64,000 bases of DNA, from positions 44 to 64,043 of the forward strand of contig CALFUV010000012.1 of assembly GCA_937929825.1 (NCBI GenBank), written 5' to 3'. The translations under genes and the position numbers were made by a program. The notes beneath the pieces were generated by a model, which was not told where the DNA came from, did not search any database, and was given only the letters and a program-made list of their open reading frames with translations. This stretch comes from an uncultured Patescibacteria group bacterium. Its GTDB lineage: Bacteria > Patescibacteriota > Patescibacteriia > Veblenbacterales > UBA10138. This document shows, in pieces, positions 48,212 to 58,672 of the stretch (its first letter is position 1; each line of letters begins with the position of its first letter).

Positions 48212-48624
48212 AATTTATAAGACTTTAAATTTTGACGTTCCAGATAATCCTGTAATAAAAACATGGCGGCCAGTTCATCACGGTTATGAGTTGGTAGAAC
48301 GGCATTGGTAATGACATTATCTGCCTGACGACTGGTTAAACGTTCGTCAAATAATAAAACTTCCACAGTTAAAAATTTTTTTAACTTATCTGCGAACCGG
48401 TGAGATTTCTTTGTCTGCTCTGATATATTACCAGTTAAACTTATTGGTTCACCAATAATCACCAGCTTAATTTCTTCTTCTAAAATTATTTCCTTAAGTT
48501 TATTTACCAAATCTATCTCAGACAAATTTATTAAAACGCCATAAGGCAAAGCTAAATTAGTCTCAGTGTCCCCAAGCGCTAAACCAATTCTCTTCTCACC
48601 AAAATCAATAGCTAAAATTTTCAT
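48208..48624 (-). CDS. ruvX: Holliday junction resolvase-like protein RuvX/YqgF
   Basis: 'MKILAIDFGEKRIGLALGD' RNase H-like start. Confidence 0.85.
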   Translation of the reverse strand: MKILAIDFGEKRIGLALGDTETNLALPYGVLINLSEIDLVNKLKEIILEEEIKLVIIGEPISLTGNISEQTKKSHRFADKLKKFLTVEVLLFDERLTSRQADNVITNAVLPTHNRDELAAMFLLQDYLERQNLKSYKL

Positions 48625-49385
48625 ATTCCGGTTAAAATTTCATATCCCTGATTAGTCACCAGCACAGTATGTTCAAAATGGGCAGATAACGAATTATCAA
48701 CTGTTACCACTGTCCAGCCGTCAGCTAAAGTTTTAACTTCGTAACCACCAGCATTCACCATTGGTTCAATAGCCAATACCATACCTGCTAATAATTTTGT
48801 ACCTGTGCCTGCTTGGCCAAAATTAGGCACAGACGGAGGTTCGTGTACCGCCCTCCCCACACCATGACCTGTGAGTTGTCTAACCACTGAAAAACCCTGC
48901 GCCTCAACATAAACCTGCACAGCTTCTCCTATATCACCGGTAAAAGCATTGGCTTTTACTTTTTTTAAAGCTTCAGCAAGAGCTGTTTTGGTTATTTTAA
49001 TTAATTTCTTAGCCAAAGGAGACGCTTGGCCAACTGAAATTGTAATTGCATGATCAGTACACACACCTTCATACCAACAACCCAAATCAAGACTAACTAT
49101 ATCTCCCTCTTTCAAAATTTTCTCTTGATTTGGCAAACCATGAACTACTTCTGAATTAACTGAAACGCACAAACTAGCAGGATAAATAAGATCCTCACTT
49201 TGATAATGTAAAAATGATGGTCTAGCCCCAAGGGCGCGTAAACGATCTTCGGCTAAATTATTTAAATCAATACTAACTACACCGGGTTTAACTGCCCTAG
49301 CAACTTCCTGTAAAACTTGAGCTAAAATACGTCCACCACGCCGCAAACTCTGAATTTCTTTTTCAGTTTTAATAAACTTATTCAT
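48621..49385 (-). CDS. map: Methionine aminopeptidase type I
   Basis: 'VVHGLPN', 'DIVSLDLGC', 'HGVGRAVHE', 'LAIEPMV'; pita-bread metal ligands. Confidence 0.9.
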   Translation of the reverse strand: MNKFIKTEKEIQSLRRGGRILAQVLQEVARAVKPGVVSIDLNNLAEDRLRALGARPSFLHYQSEDLIYPASLCVSVNSEVVHGLPNQEKILKEGDIVSLDLGCWYEGVCTDHAITISVGQASPLAKKLIKITKTALAEALKKVKANAFTGDIGEAVQVYVEAQGFSVVRQLTGHGVGRAVHEPPSVPNFGQAGTGTKLLAGMVLAIEPMVNAGGYEVKTLADGWTVVTVDNSLSAHFEHTVLVTNQGYEILTGI

Positions 49386-50032
49386 AACCCGAGAATAGCC
49401 CGTAAATTGGCAGTCACAACATCAATTGGCGGTGCACCATCAATTCTTTTTAATTTGCCACGCTGATGATAAAAATCCAATAAGGGCTCAGTTTGCTGGT
49501 GAAAGTTTGCTAATCTTACTAAAACCGCTTCTTTAGTGTCATCTGTTCTTTGTAAAAGATGAGCGCCATCAATATTACAAACTTCATCCACCCGCGGCGG
49601 ATTATATTGCAAATGATATACAGCTTGACAATTCGGACAAACCCGCCTGCCAGAAATTCTTTTAACCGCTTCCTCATCTGATAATTCCAAATAAATAGCT
49701 AATACATCTGGTTTGATTTTGGCTAAAAATTCCGCTTGTTTCATATTGCGCGGAAAACCATCCAAAACAAAACCTGAATTAGTATCTGATTCTGCTAATC
49801 TATTAGCTACTAATTTATTAGTAATATCATCTGGCACTAATTGGCCAGTTTTAAGTATTTTATCCAATTCTTGTCCAAACTCTGACTGTTGCCCCGCTAG
49901 TTGACGAAAAATATCACCGGTTGATATATGGGGTATACGCAACAAATTAGCTAAAGCCTGAGCCTGTGTACCCTTACCTGAACCTTGAGGGCCCAAAATC
50001 AAATATTCATACTTACCCATAGTAATTATCAT
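49382..50032 (-). CDS. adk: Adenylate kinase (zinc-lid type)
   Basis: P-loop 'GPQGSGKGTQA'. Lid 'RRVCPNCQAVYH...C'. Confidence 0.9.
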   Translation of the reverse strand: MIITMGKYEYLILGPQGSGKGTQAQALANLLRIPHISTGDIFRQLAGQQSEFGQELDKILKTGQLVPDDITNKLVANRLAESDTNSGFVLDGFPRNMKQAEFLAKIKPDVLAIYLELSDEEAVKRISGRRVCPNCQAVYHLQYNPPRVDEVCNIDGAHLLQRTDDTKEAVLVRLANFHQQTEPLLDFYHQRGKLKRIDGAPPIDVVTANLRAILGL

Positions 50033-50051
50033 TTTACCTTATTGTTTTACA

Positions 50052-50080
50052 TAAAAAAAGCCTGGCTTTACAGCCAGGCT
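50052..50080 (-). terminator. Rho-independent terminator after secY (AGCCTGGCT-TTAC-AGCCAGGCT + U7)
   Basis: Perfect 9-bp GC-rich stem. Minus RNA followed by UUUUUUUAUG. Confidence 0.6.
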
Positions 50081-50093
50081 AAATAAACAAAAA

Positions 50094-51371
50094 TTATAAC
50101 TCTTCGTAATCACGCATTACTAATTGGGCATTGATTTGTCGTACGGTTTCAATAACAACCTGCACCACAATTAAAACTGATGTACCTCCTATCACTAATA
50201 ACTGCGAACCTGTCAAAAGTTGCATCGCTAAAGGCAAAACTGCTATAGCACTTAAGAAAATTGCTCCCGGCAACACAATTCTATTCATGGTAACGCTAAG
50301 ATACTCCACTGTGGAATTACCCGGTCTGATACCGGGAATAAATCCTCCTTGTTTTTGCAAATTTTCCGCAATTTGATCTGGTTTGAAAACCACCGCAGTG
50401 TAAAAATAAGTAAAACCAAAAACCAGTACAAAATACGCTACCCCATAAAATATCTGGTTTTGGAAAAGACTAATAGTAAATTCTGCTGCCCGCACCAACC
50501 AATCTGATTGGGAACGAACAAAAAACTGGGCAATCATTGGTGGAAATAATATTACCGAAATAGCAAAAATAATAGGTATAACACCGGCCTGTAAAAGCCG
50601 TAGGGGTAAATTGCTGGTAGCGCCGCCCAAAGAACGAAAACCGCGCATCATACGGGCATACTGCACAGGAATATTACGCTGAGCTTCAGTCACAACAACT
50701 ACACCAACTACAGTAATCAAAGCCACTACCACAAAAGCAATAACACTAAAAATCTGGGTTTTATCAAAAGTAGCTATTAACTGCTGTAATTGTGTAGGCA
50801 CCGAAGCAACAATACCAGCAAAAATTAGTAAACTGATGCCATTGCCAATCTTTTTTTCAGAAATTAATTCACCAAGCCACATCAAAAATATAGTGCCGGC
50901 AGTTACGGTAAAAATACTGACAGTTAACTGCCAAGGATCAAGTTGTCCTACTAATTGACCACCGCCTTGATTCCGTAAAACTGTTATAAAACCATAAGCC
51001 TGAATGGCTGCTAAGGGTACTGTTAAATAACGCGTGTATTGATTAATTTTACGCTGGCCAGCTTCACCATCTTTTGATATCTCCTCTAAACGCGGCAAGA
51101 TCATAGTTAACAACTGAATAATAATGGAGGCGGTAATGTAAGGACCTACACCAAGCATCATGATAGAAAAATTTTCTAAACCTCCACCAGAAAATATATT
51201 AAGCAATCCCAAAAATTGATTTTGGGCAAAAAATTTTTTTAAAGCCGTGGGATCAATTCCAGCAATCGGCAAATGAGCTCCAATACGAAAAACAACCAAA
51301 GCCAATAAAACCAACAGAATACTGTTACGTAAATCAGGAGTTGTCCAAATTTGCTTTAATTTACGCCACAT
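50094..51371 (-). CDS. secY: Preprotein translocase subunit SecY
   Basis: 425 aa, 10 TM helices. 'GIDPTALKKFF', 'GISLLIFAGIV' plug/hinge regions. Sits in the spc-operon position. Confidence 0.9.
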   Translation of the reverse strand: MWRKLKQIWTTPDLRNSILLVLLALVVFRIGAHLPIAGIDPTALKKFFAQNQFLGLLNIFSGGGLENFSIMMLGVGPYITASIIIQLLTMILPRLEEISKDGEAGQRKINQYTRYLTVPLAAIQAYGFITVLRNQGGGQLVGQLDPWQLTVSIFTVTAGTIFLMWLGELISEKKIGNGISLLIFAGIVASVPTQLQQLIATFDKTQIFSVIAFVVVALITVVGVVVVTEAQRNIPVQYARMMRGFRSLGGATSNLPLRLLQAGVIPIIFAISVILFPPMIAQFFVRSQSDWLVRAAEFTISLFQNQIFYGVAYFVLVFGFTYFYTAVVFKPDQIAENLQKQGGFIPGIRPGNSTVEYLSVTMNRIVLPGAIFLSAIAVLPLAMQLLTGSQLLVIGGTSVLIVVQVVIETVRQINAQLVMRDYEEL

Positions 51372-51377
51372 ATAATT

Positions 51378-51854
51378 TTATCTTTTTTTCTTATCAACGG
51401 CCTTGGGAACTGATATTAATTCAATCTGCCCGCCGGCAGCTATAATAGCTCCTCTAGCTCCCTGTGAAACCGCCTGAACTTTAAAAATTAGTTTTTTGGG
51501 AAACTGACCTCGGCCAATTATTTTTACCGGACTGTTGGCATCAAAAATAATTTTTTCATTGGCTAATAATTTATTGGTAACAATTGTGCCATCGGGTAAA
51601 TTTAACAAAGAAGATAAATTAACTGCTTGGATTTTCTTTTTAAAGCTTTTAAAACCGCGCACTTTGGGTAAACGTGCCACAAAATGCTTAACACCAAGCT
51701 GGGTTAAACCTTTCCGCCCACCTTGTCTGGCACGCTGACCTTTAGTGCCGCGGGTGGCTGTGGTACCATGGCCGGAAGCATTTCCCCGACCAAGCCTTTT
51801 TTTGCCACGGCGCGAACCTTGACTGGGTTTAAGATTATGCAACTCTAAGGACAT
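51378..51854 (-). CDS. rplO: 50S ribosomal protein L15
   Basis: 'LKPSQGSRRGKKRLGRGNASGHGTTATRGTKGQRAR'. Directly follows rpsE with no rpmD between them. Confidence 0.9.
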   Translation of the reverse strand: MSLELHNLKPSQGSRRGKKRLGRGNASGHGTTATRGTKGQRARQGGRKGLTQLGVKHFVARLPKVRGFKSFKKKIQAVNLSSLLNLPDGTIVTNKLLANEKIIFDANSPVKIIGRGQFPKKLIFKVQAVSQGARGAIIAAGGQIELISVPKAVDKKKR

Positions 51855-51856
51855 AA

Positions 51857-52369
51857 TTAAGCTTTAAGTTTAAGTTGGTTAAAGGCTTTTATAACAGCCC
51901 GAACATTATTAATTTTGTTGGGCGAGCCAAGTATTTTGCTAACTACATTAGGAACGCCTGCTAATTCCAAAACAGAACGTACCGGACCGCCGGCAATAAT
52001 ACCAGTGCCTTTGGGGGCTGGTTTCATCAAAACCACTGCACTCTTGTATTTAACTTTAATTTCGTGAGGAATAGTTTCATTTTTAAGAGGAATATTAATA
52101 AGAGCACGTCTGGCTTTAGTAGTAGCTTTACTAACAGCTAAACTTACATCTGCTCCTTTAGCAAGACCAATACCTACCCGACCCTGACGATTGCCCAATA
52201 CCACAAGAGCACGAAAACGCATACGTTTACCACCGGCCATTACTCGGGTAACGCGAGACAATTCCACTATTCTCTGCTCAAAACCGTCATCTGGCTTTTC
52301 CCGCGCTAAACTGCGTCCGGAATGACCACCCGCTCTGCCTGACTTTCCTTTTTGAGTTGATGATAACAT
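51857..52369 (-). CDS. rpsE: 30S ribosomal protein S5
   Basis: 'RVTRVMAGGKRMRFRALVVLGNRQGRVGIGLAKG'. Confidence 0.9.
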   Translation of the reverse strand: MLSSTQKGKSGRAGGHSGRSLAREKPDDGFEQRIVELSRVTRVMAGGKRMRFRALVVLGNRQGRVGIGLAKGADVSLAVSKATTKARRALINIPLKNETIPHEIKVKYKSAVVLMKPAPKGTGIIAGGPVRSVLELAGVPNVVSKILGSPNKINNVRAVIKAFNQLKLKA

Positions 52370-52386
52370 AAAAGAAATTTAAAAAA

Positions 52387-52728
52387 TTAAAATTCTAAAC
52401 CAACTTCACGAGCTCCCTCGGCCAAAGCTTTCACTCGACCGTGATAAGCATAACCGCCGCGATCAAAAACAACTTTCTTTATTCCCAACTGCAAGGCACG
52501 TTCAGCCGCTAAACGCCCGACTAAGGCAGCTATTTGAACAGGTGTACTCTTAGAACCAGCCTTAACCGCAGAATCAGAAACGCTTAAAATGGTTTTGCCA
52601 GCTACATCATCAATAAACTGAACCTTAATGTGTTTTAAGCTACGATAAACAGCCAAACGCGGACGAGCTTCTGTGCCGCTTATTTTGGCCCTAACCCGAC
52701 GATGACGATGAATTCTTTTTTGCATCAT
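52387..52728 (-). CDS. rplR: 50S ribosomal protein L18
   Basis: '[30 protein letters not shown]'. Confidence 0.9.
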   Translation of the reverse strand: MMQKRIHRHRRVRAKISGTEARPRLAVYRSLKHIKVQFIDDVAGKTILSVSDSAVKAGSKSTPVQIAALVGRLAAERALQLGIKKVVFDRGGYAYHGRVKALAEGAREVGLEF

Positions 52729-52748
52729 ATACTTGTCTAAATTATTTA

Positions 52749-53315
52749 TTACTTAGCGCCAGCTGATTTAACCACTTTACCGGCTTTGCGTCGCACTACT
52801 TCATCAGCATACTTTATACCCTTGCCTTTATAAGGTTCAGGTGGACGAAGTGATCTTATTTCAGCCGCCGTTTGACCAACCAGTTGTTTAGATACCCCCA
52901 CCAAAGTAATAGTGTTTTTGTCTACACTAACACTTAAACCGGCTGGTATTTTATAACGAATTGGATGAGAATAACCCAAATTCAAAACCAGATCTTGGCC
53001 TTCCACCTGAGCTTTGTAGCCAATACCGCTAATTTCTAATTTTTTCTCAAAATTTTCATATACACCTTTAACAGCATTGGCTACCAACTGCCTTGCCAAT
53101 CCCCACAAAGCTTTATTTTTATTAGTAACTACACCTTTTATAGAAAGCTTAAGCTCAGAATCTTCTTGTTTTACCTCAATAGATTGTGGCAAGGGTTGAA
53201 TTATTTCACCCTTAGGCCCCTTAATTACAAGGCTGTCAGGTTTTATTTGCACCTGAACTCCGGTTGGTATTGTAATTGGTAATTTACCTAAACGAGACAT
53301 AATTTTCTTAATCAA
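52749..53315 (-). CDS. rplF: 50S ribosomal protein L6
   Basis: '[18 protein letters not shown]'. Confidence 0.9.
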   Translation of the reverse strand: MIKKIMSRLGKLPITIPTGVQVQIKPDSLVIKGPKGEIIQPLPQSIEVKQEDSELKLSIKGVVTNKNKALWGLARQLVANAVKGVYENFEKKLEISGIGYKAQVEGQDLVLNLGYSHPIRYKIPAGLSVSVDKNTITLVGVSKQLVGQTAAEIRSLRPPEPYKGKGIKYADEVVRRKAGKVVKSAGAK

Positions 53316-53318
53316 TCA

Positions 53319-53705
53319 TTAATAAATTTCACAAATAACTTCTCCGCCTAAACGCTTGGCGCGAGCCTCGCGGTTAGTCATCAATCCGTGGGAGGTAGAA
53401 ATAATAGCCACACCAAGACCGGAAAGCACTCGCGGCATTTCGCCATGCTTAACATAATAACGCCGGCCGGGAGTGCTAATTCGTTTAAGATTACGAATGG
53501 CTGATTGTTTGCCTTCGTACTTTAAATTAATTTTAAGGCTCCGCACTGGCGTATTAACTTCCTGCACCGCCTCAATATAACCTTCACGCAAAAGTATTTC
53601 AGCCAGCCCGGCCTTAAGTTTTGAATATGGCACCAGCACTTCCGTTTTGTGAACCATCACGGCGTTGCGGATGCGAGCTAACATGTCACTAATTGGATCT
53701 GTCAT
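53319..53705 (-). CDS. rpsH: 30S ribosomal protein S8; start placed at the internal Met (MTDPISDMLARIRNA), trimming the ORF-track extension
   Basis: Canonical S8 N-terminus 'DPISDMLARIRNA'. The longer ORF (to 53810) would overlap rpsZ. Confidence 0.85.
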   Translation of the reverse strand: MTDPISDMLARIRNAVMVHKTEVLVPYSKLKAGLAEILLREGYIEAVQEVNTPVRSLKINLKYEGKQSAIRNLKRISTPGRRYYVKHGEMPRVLSGLGVAIISTSHGLMTNREARAKRLGGEVICEIY

Positions 53706-53727
53706 AAAATAATACTTCAAATAATTT

Positions 53728-53922
53728 TTACCAACTGGCCTTACGAATACCCGGCAATTCGCCGTTATTGGCCAATTCTCTAAAACAAATGCGGCACAAA
53801 TCAAAATCACGCATATAACCTCGACGGCGGCCGCAACGCCAACAGCGTCTAACTATGCGGGTGGAATATTTAGGCTTGATGCGAGATCGTCTGGCTTTTA
53901 CTTCTAAACTTGTAGTAGACAT
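53728..53922 (-). CDS. rpsZ: 30S ribosomal protein S14, Zn-ribbon (type Z)
   Basis: '[38 protein letters not shown]'. Start taken at ATG (MSTTSLEV...). The track ORF begins at an upstream TTG. Confidence 0.8.
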   Translation of the reverse strand: MSTTSLEVKARRSRIKPKYSTRIVRRCWRCGRRRGYMRDFDLCRICFRELANNGELPGIRKASW

Positions 53923-53926
53923 AATT

Positions 53927-54484
53927 TTAATTAGCAAATGGAAATCCTAAAAATTCAAACAATTTATGGCCTTGTTGGCGATTTCGAGCTGTAGTGGTAA
54001 TCGCTACTTCTAAACCGTGAATAGTTTCAACCTCATCAGAACGTATTTCAGGAAAAATTAAGTGCTCTTTAAAACCTATAGACAAATTGCCTTGACTGTC
54101 AATTGATTTAATCGGTAGCCCCCGAAAATCACGAACACGGGGTAAAGAAACACGAATTAACTTTTCCAAAAAATCATACATTCTAACACCACGAAGCGTT
54201 ACCATCGCGCCTATTACCATATTCTGCCTGATTTTAAAATTAGAAATGGACTTTTTAGCTCTAGTAAATACCGGTTTTTGTCCGGTTATACGCTCCAGTG
54301 TTCTATAAGCAACTTCGGCTAATTTACTGTCTTTGCCCTGCTGCCCCAAGCCAATATTAATGGTTACTTTGGTAAGACGCGGTGCGGCTAAATTATTTTT
54401 CAAGCCAAATTCCTTAACCAAAGCCGGCACTACATTTTTAAAATAATGCTCTTTTAAAGATAAATTGTGTATTTTACTGGTCAT
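53927..54484 (-). CDS. rplE: 50S ribosomal protein L5 (start at internal Met MTSKIHNL...)
   Basis: '[18 protein letters not shown]' canonical L5 start region. The trimmed start removes the overlap with rplX. Confidence 0.85.
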   Translation of the reverse strand: MTSKIHNLSLKEHYFKNVVPALVKEFGLKNNLAAPRLTKVTINIGLGQQGKDSKLAEVAYRTLERITGQKPVFTRAKKSISNFKIRQNMVIGAMVTLRGVRMYDFLEKLIRVSLPRVRDFRGLPIKSIDSQGNLSIGFKEHLIFPEIRSDEVETIHGLEVAITTTARNRQQGHKLFEFLGFPFAN

Positions 54485-54489
54485 ATAAT

Positions 54490-54804
54490 TTACATACTTT
54501 GAGAACACTTACGGCAAAGTCTAATTTTTTGTCCATCACTGCCAATTTGTATCTTAACACGGGTTGGTTTACCGCAGTGCGGACAAATAACGCTAACTTT
54601 GGCAATTGGCAACGGAGCGGCATATTGTACCCTACTGCCAGTACGTCCTCGCTGTCTGGTTTTTAAATGTTTAAACCTTAAATTTATTCCTTCTACCACC
54701 AATAGACCGAGTTTAGGAAATACTTGAGTAACTTTCCCTTGTTTTCCCCGATCACGGCCAGAAAGTACTATAACATTATCATTCTTTTTTACTTTAATTT
54801 TCAT
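54490..54804 (-). CDS. rplX: 50S ribosomal protein L24
   Basis: 'KIKVKKNDNVIVLSGRDRGKQGKV' KOW motif. Confidence 0.9.
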   Translation of the reverse strand: MKIKVKKNDNVIVLSGRDRGKQGKVTQVFPKLGLLVVEGINLRFKHLKTRQRGRTGSRVQYAAPLPIAKVSVICPHCGKPTRVKIQIGSDGQKIRLCRKCSQSM

Positions 54805-54817
54805 ATATAAAATTCCT

Positions 54818-55189
54818 TTACAAAACTTCTGGCGCTAAAGATATTATTTTTTGAAAACCCTTTACACGCAATTCACGGGCAACTGGTCCAAAAATACGAG
54901 TACCGCGCGGTTCTTTGGATTTTTTGTCAATAATAACCACAGCATTATCATCAAAACGGATATAAGAACCATCACTACGGCGCTGCTCTTTTCGACTGCG
55001 TACCAAAACCGCATGAACCACCTCACTTTTCTTAACAGTACCATAAGGTTCAGCAGATTTTACCACCACGGTAATAATATCACCTAAACGCCCATAACGT
55101 TTTTTGTAACCACCTAATACCCTAATACACTGAACCTTTTTAGCGCCAGTGTTATCAGCTACTGTCAACATTGTACGTAATTGAACCAT
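54818..55189 (-). CDS. rplN: 50S ribosomal protein L14
   Basis: '[27 protein letters not shown]'. Confidence 0.9.
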   Translation of the reverse strand: MVQLRTMLTVADNTGAKKVQCIRVLGGYKKRYGRLGDIITVVVKSAEPYGTVKKSEVVHAVLVRSRKEQRRSDGSYIRFDDNAVVIIDKKSKEPRGTRIFGPVARELRVKGFQKIISLAPEVL

Positions 55190-55194
55190 AATTA

Positions 55195-55452
55195 TTAATT
55201 AACTTTATTAATTATCCGCCAGCGTTTGGTTTTAGACATTGGTCGACACTGCTCAATTACCACCTTATCGCCAAGCTGGTAAGTATTTTTGGCATCATGC
55301 GAAGCAAAACGTTTATTAACACGAAAACGCTTGCCGTATTTGTGATGAGCAATCACACGCGATACTTCTACAATGCGGGTTTTATCTGTTTTAGCAGACA
55401 CTACCACTCCTTGTAAACGACGATGTATTTTGGGGGATTTGGCATTTGTCAT
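55195..55452 (-). CDS. rpsQ: 30S ribosomal protein S17
   Basis: '[29 protein letters not shown]'. Confidence 0.9.
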   Translation of the reverse strand: MTNAKSPKIHRRLQGVVVSAKTDKTRIVEVSRVIAHHKYGKRFRVNKRFASHDAKNTYQLGDKVVIEQCRPMSKTKRWRIINKVN

Positions 55453-55466
55453 AATTATAATTTATA

Positions 55467-55667
55467 TTATCTTTTATTTTTAATCTCTCTTAATCTAGTA
55501 ATAACTCTGGCAACAACCAAACGCCAGCGCCTAATAGCCCGCACATCCTTAAGATCTTGTAAAGCTGCTTTAGTTTTAAGCTGGCGCAACTCTTCACGAG
55601 CCTCTTTTAATAAACTTTCCAGCTCCGGTAATTGCTTATTACGAATTTCTTGCATTTTTAATTTCAT
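55467..55667 (-). CDS. rpmC: 50S ribosomal protein L29
   Basis: 66 aa. 'MKLKMQEIRNKQLPELESLLKEAREELRQLK'. Confidence 0.85.
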   Translation of the reverse strand: MKLKMQEIRNKQLPELESLLKEAREELRQLKTKAALQDLKDVRAIRRWRLVVARVITRLREIKNKR

Positions 55668-55686
55668 ACCTTTCTTCTTAATCTAA

Positions 55687-56094
55687 TTACTTTTTAATAA
55701 TCACACTTTTAACTGGTAATTTATAGGCTGCCAACCTTAAGGCTGTCTGAGCTTGTTCCCAAGTCACGCCGTCAACCTCAAAAATTATTGTGCCCGGCTT
55801 AATAGGAGCAACATAATGATCCACCGCCCCTTTGCCTCCTCCCATACGAATTTCATTACCTTTAACTGTCACAGACTTATCCGGGAAAATTCTGATCCAC
55901 AACTTACCTTTGCGCTGCAAATTGCCGGTAATAGCTCGTCTAGCCGCTTCAATTTGACGAGATGTTATCCAACCAGCCTCTAAAGAACGAAGTCCAAAAT
56001 CGCCAAAACTCAAATTAATCTTACGGGTGGCTTTGCCGCGAATCTGATCGCCGCGATGATTTTTACGATATTTTACTTTTTTGGGAATAAGCAT
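55687..56094 (-). CDS. rplP: 50S ribosomal protein L16
   Basis: 'MLIPKKVKYRKNHRG...GKGAVDHYVAPIKPG'. Confidence 0.9.
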   Translation of the reverse strand: MLIPKKVKYRKNHRGDQIRGKATRKINLSFGDFGLRSLEAGWITSRQIEAARRAITGNLQRKGKLWIRIFPDKSVTVKGNEIRMGGGKGAVDHYVAPIKPGTIIFEVDGVTWEQAQTALRLAAYKLPVKSVIIKK

Positions 56095-56097
56095 AAA

Positions 56098-56790
56098 TTA
56101 CCTGCTCCTAAAACGACCGGCGGCGGGCTTAGTTGTTATAGCCGCAGGCTCGGAAGTTGTTAAAATTTCACCGCGATTAATCCAAATCTTAACACCAATA
56201 ACACCGTAAGTAGTATGAGCGGCGGCGCGGGAATAATCTACATCAGCCCGTAAAGTATGTAAAGGCACCTTACCAACTATCAATTTCTCGGTGCGGGCAA
56301 TTTCGGCCCCATTCAATCTTCCGCCAACTTCAACCTTAACGCCCAAAGCTCCAGCTTTCATAGCCTGATCAATAGCTTGCTTCATAACACGACGGAAGGG
56401 CATGCGTTTTTCCAGCTCCAGGGCCATATTCTCAGCCATTATTTCCGCTGATAGCATTGGATTAGCCACCTCTTGAATATTTAACTGCAAACTTTCGTTT
56501 GGTTTAAGAAATTTTTCTTTAATTTCTTTTTTAAGTTCTTCTACCTGCGCACCACCACGACCTATCACCACGCCTGGTTTGGCAGTTTGGATATTCACAG
56601 TCAAACTGGAGGCGCCACGCTCTATTTCTATTGCCGCTACTGATGACCCGCGTAATTTCTTTTTTAACCATCTTCTAAGTCTAATGTCTGACTGCAATTG
56701 ATCACGATAGGCGCGATCAGAAAACCAACGCGACTTCCAGGTATAAATGATGCCGATACGGAAAATCTTTGGATGTACTTTCTGTCCCAT
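56098..56790 (-). CDS. rpsC: 30S ribosomal protein S3
   Basis: 'MGQKVHPKIFRIGII' and KH domain. Confidence 0.9.
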   Translation of the reverse strand: MGQKVHPKIFRIGIIYTWKSRWFSDRAYRDQLQSDIRLRRWLKKKLRGSSVAAIEIERGASSLTVNIQTAKPGVVIGRGGAQVEELKKEIKEKFLKPNESLQLNIQEVANPMLSAEIMAENMALELEKRMPFRRVMKQAIDQAMKAGALGVKVEVGGRLNGAEIARTEKLIVGKVPLHTLRADVDYSRAAAHTTYGVIGVKIWINRGEILTTSEPAAITTKPAAGRFRSR

Positions 56791-56795
56791 ACTAA

Positions 56796-57164
56796 TTATT
56801 TCTTAATTTTTTTAGTAAACTTCTTATCAGGAGGTGTATCTGTTAAAACAACTTTAAGATGGGCTGTGGGGCGATGGATAGGATGAGCTGCCCCGCGAGC
56901 TGCCGGACGCCAGCGTTTAAGCCTTGGACCTTGACCAACCTCAATTTTTTTCACCCATAAATCACTGCCTGTGAATTTAAAATTATTTTTAGCATTAGCT
57001 TGGGCAGAACGCAACAGCTTAATAACCGGGCGAGCGACAATTTTGGGAGAATTGGTAAGCTGTAATAAAGCCTGGTCCAACTTCTTGCCTCTAACCAAAT
57101 CAATAACCAGTTTAAGTTTACGTGGCGAAGATCTAAGATATAATATTTTAGCTTTATATTCCAT
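56796..57164 (-). CDS. rplV: 50S ribosomal protein L22
   Basis: 'AKILYLRSSPRKLKLVIDLVRGKK'. Confidence 0.9.
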   Translation of the reverse strand: MEYKAKILYLRSSPRKLKLVIDLVRGKKLDQALLQLTNSPKIVARPVIKLLRSAQANAKNNFKFTGSDLWVKKIEVGQGPRLKRWRPAARGAAHPIHRPTAHLKVVLTDTPPDKKFTKKIKK

Positions 57165-57169
57165 ACATT

Positions 57170-57475
57170 TTATTTAGTAGCGGCGGCAGCGGCAGCTTGC
57201 TCTTTGGCCATCTTACCGCCGTGCTTATGAAATTTTCTAGTTGGCGCAAATTCACCTAAACGATGCCCAACCATATCTTCAACAATAAACACCGGTAAAT
57301 GATTTTTACCATTATGAACCGCTATGGTAAAACCAACCATTTCCGGCGTAACCACCGAATCACGTGACCACGTCTTGATAACTGTTTTATCTCCGGGTTT
57401 AAGAGCAGAAATCTTTTTAAGTAATTTGGCGTCCACAAATGGACCTTTTTTTAAACTTCTTGACATATTATTCAA
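57170..57475 (-). CDS. rpsS: 30S ribosomal protein S19
   Basis: '[11 protein letters not shown]...[25 protein letters not shown]'. Confidence 0.9.
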   Translation of the reverse strand: MNNMSRSLKKGPFVDAKLLKKISALKPGDKTVIKTWSRDSVVTPEMVGFTIAVHNGKNHLPVFIVEDMVGHRLGEFAPTRKFHKHGGKMAKEQAAAAAATK

Positions 57476-58307
57476 TCCTCCTCTTGCGACGTGATATTAT
57501 AAAACGATTAGAAGCGCGATTAGCCTTACGTGTTGGCACGCCCAAAGCTGGTTTACCCCAAGGTGTTTTGGGATGTTTAAGGCCAATCGGCTGATTACCC
57601 TCACCGCCGCCATGAGGATGATCAACAGGATTCATAGCTTTACCGCGAACAGTTGGCTTTATTCCTAAATACCTCATCCGACCAGCTTTACCTAAACGCA
57701 CATTAATATGATCAACATTACTAACCTGACCAATAGTTGCTAAACAATTTTCCGACACACTCCTAATTTCGCCCGAAGGCAATTTGAGTCTGGCCTGACC
57801 GGCCTCTAAAGACATTAAGGTAGCCCAAGAACCAGCTGAACGCACCATCACCCCGCCAAAACCGGGTGAAAGTTCAATATTATGAACCTGTAAACCAGCT
57901 GGCACAAACTTTAAGGGCAGACGATTGCCAACTTTTATTTCAATTTGCTGACGTGAGCTTAAAACTTTATCACCAACTTTCAAACCATCAGGTGCTACTA
58001 TATAACTCTTAGCTCCATCAATATAATGCAGTAAAGCCAAATTAGCAGTGCGTCCCGGATCGTATTCCAAAGCGGCTACCCGTGCCACAATATCAAATTT
58101 ATGCCTCTTAAAATCAACAGTTCTTAAAAGACGCTTAGCCCCACCGCCACGATGACGAACGGTTATCTTACCCTGAAAATTTCGACCGCCGCTTTTTTTA
58201 GCACCTCGCACCAGATTCTTTTCGGGTCTCTTTTTTGTTAACTCCGGTTTTAAAACACCAGCGTGACGCCTGCCCGGAGTAGTTGGTTTATACAAAATAA
58301 CTGGCAT
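57468..58307 (-). CDS. rplB: 50S ribosomal protein L2 (start at internal Met [14 protein letters not shown])
   Basis: 'KPTTPGRRH', 'HRGGG', '[10 protein letters not shown]' L2 signatures. Confidence 0.85.
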   Translation of the reverse strand: MPVILYKPTTPGRRHAGVLKPELTKKRPEKNLVRGAKKSGGRNFQGKITVRHRGGGAKRLLRTVDFKRHKFDIVARVAALEYDPGRTANLALLHYIDGAKSYIVAPDGLKVGDKVLSSRQQIEIKVGNRLPLKFVPAGLQVHNIELSPGFGGVMVRSAGSWATLMSLEAGQARLKLPSGEIRSVSENCLATIGQVSNVDHINVRLGKAGRMRYLGIKPTVRGKAMNPVDHPHGGGEGNQPIGLKHPKTPWGKPALGVPTRKANRASNRFIISRRKRRIE

Positions 58308-58311
58308 AAAA

Positions 58312-58668
58312 TTATAAAACTTTAGCTGTATCAATTGTTTCGCCCGGAGCCAAACGGACTATTAAATGTCTTCTGGCTTTTCGTTTGCCAACTTGCCGAC
58401 CACGTCTAACCACCTTACCCGGCAAACCTAGACTATTAACTCCCAGCACCCTAACACCATAAGCGGATTCAATTGCTTTTTTGACTTCAATTTTACTAAT
58501 CACTCCCAAAGCTTTAAACATATATTGCCCTGACTGCTGTAAACGGGTAGATTTTTCCGATACTATCGGCACCAAAGCAACTCCCGTCTTTAATTTAAAA
58601 GACAGATTCTTTGGTTTACCCATAACTCCTGAACTGGGTTTGCTATTTTTCTTGCCAAATAAAGCCAT
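58312..58668 (-). CDS. rplW: 50S ribosomal protein L23 (with N-terminal extension)
   Basis: '[23 protein letters not shown]...[22 protein letters not shown]'. Confidence 0.8.
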   Translation of the reverse strand: MALFGKKNSKPSSGVMGKPKNLSFKLKTGVALVPIVSEKSTRLQQSGQYMFKALGVISKIEVKKAIESAYGVRVLGVNSLGLPGKVVRRGRQVGKRKARRHLIVRLAPGETIDTAKVL

Positions 58669-58672
58669 AAAT

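Noticed and set aside
53706-53810. N-terminal extensions in the ORF track for S8, S14, L5 and L2
   Set aside because: Each has an internal Met that yields the canonical ribosomal protein N-terminus and removes overlaps with the upstream gene. The longer forms are upstream readthrough, not real extensions.
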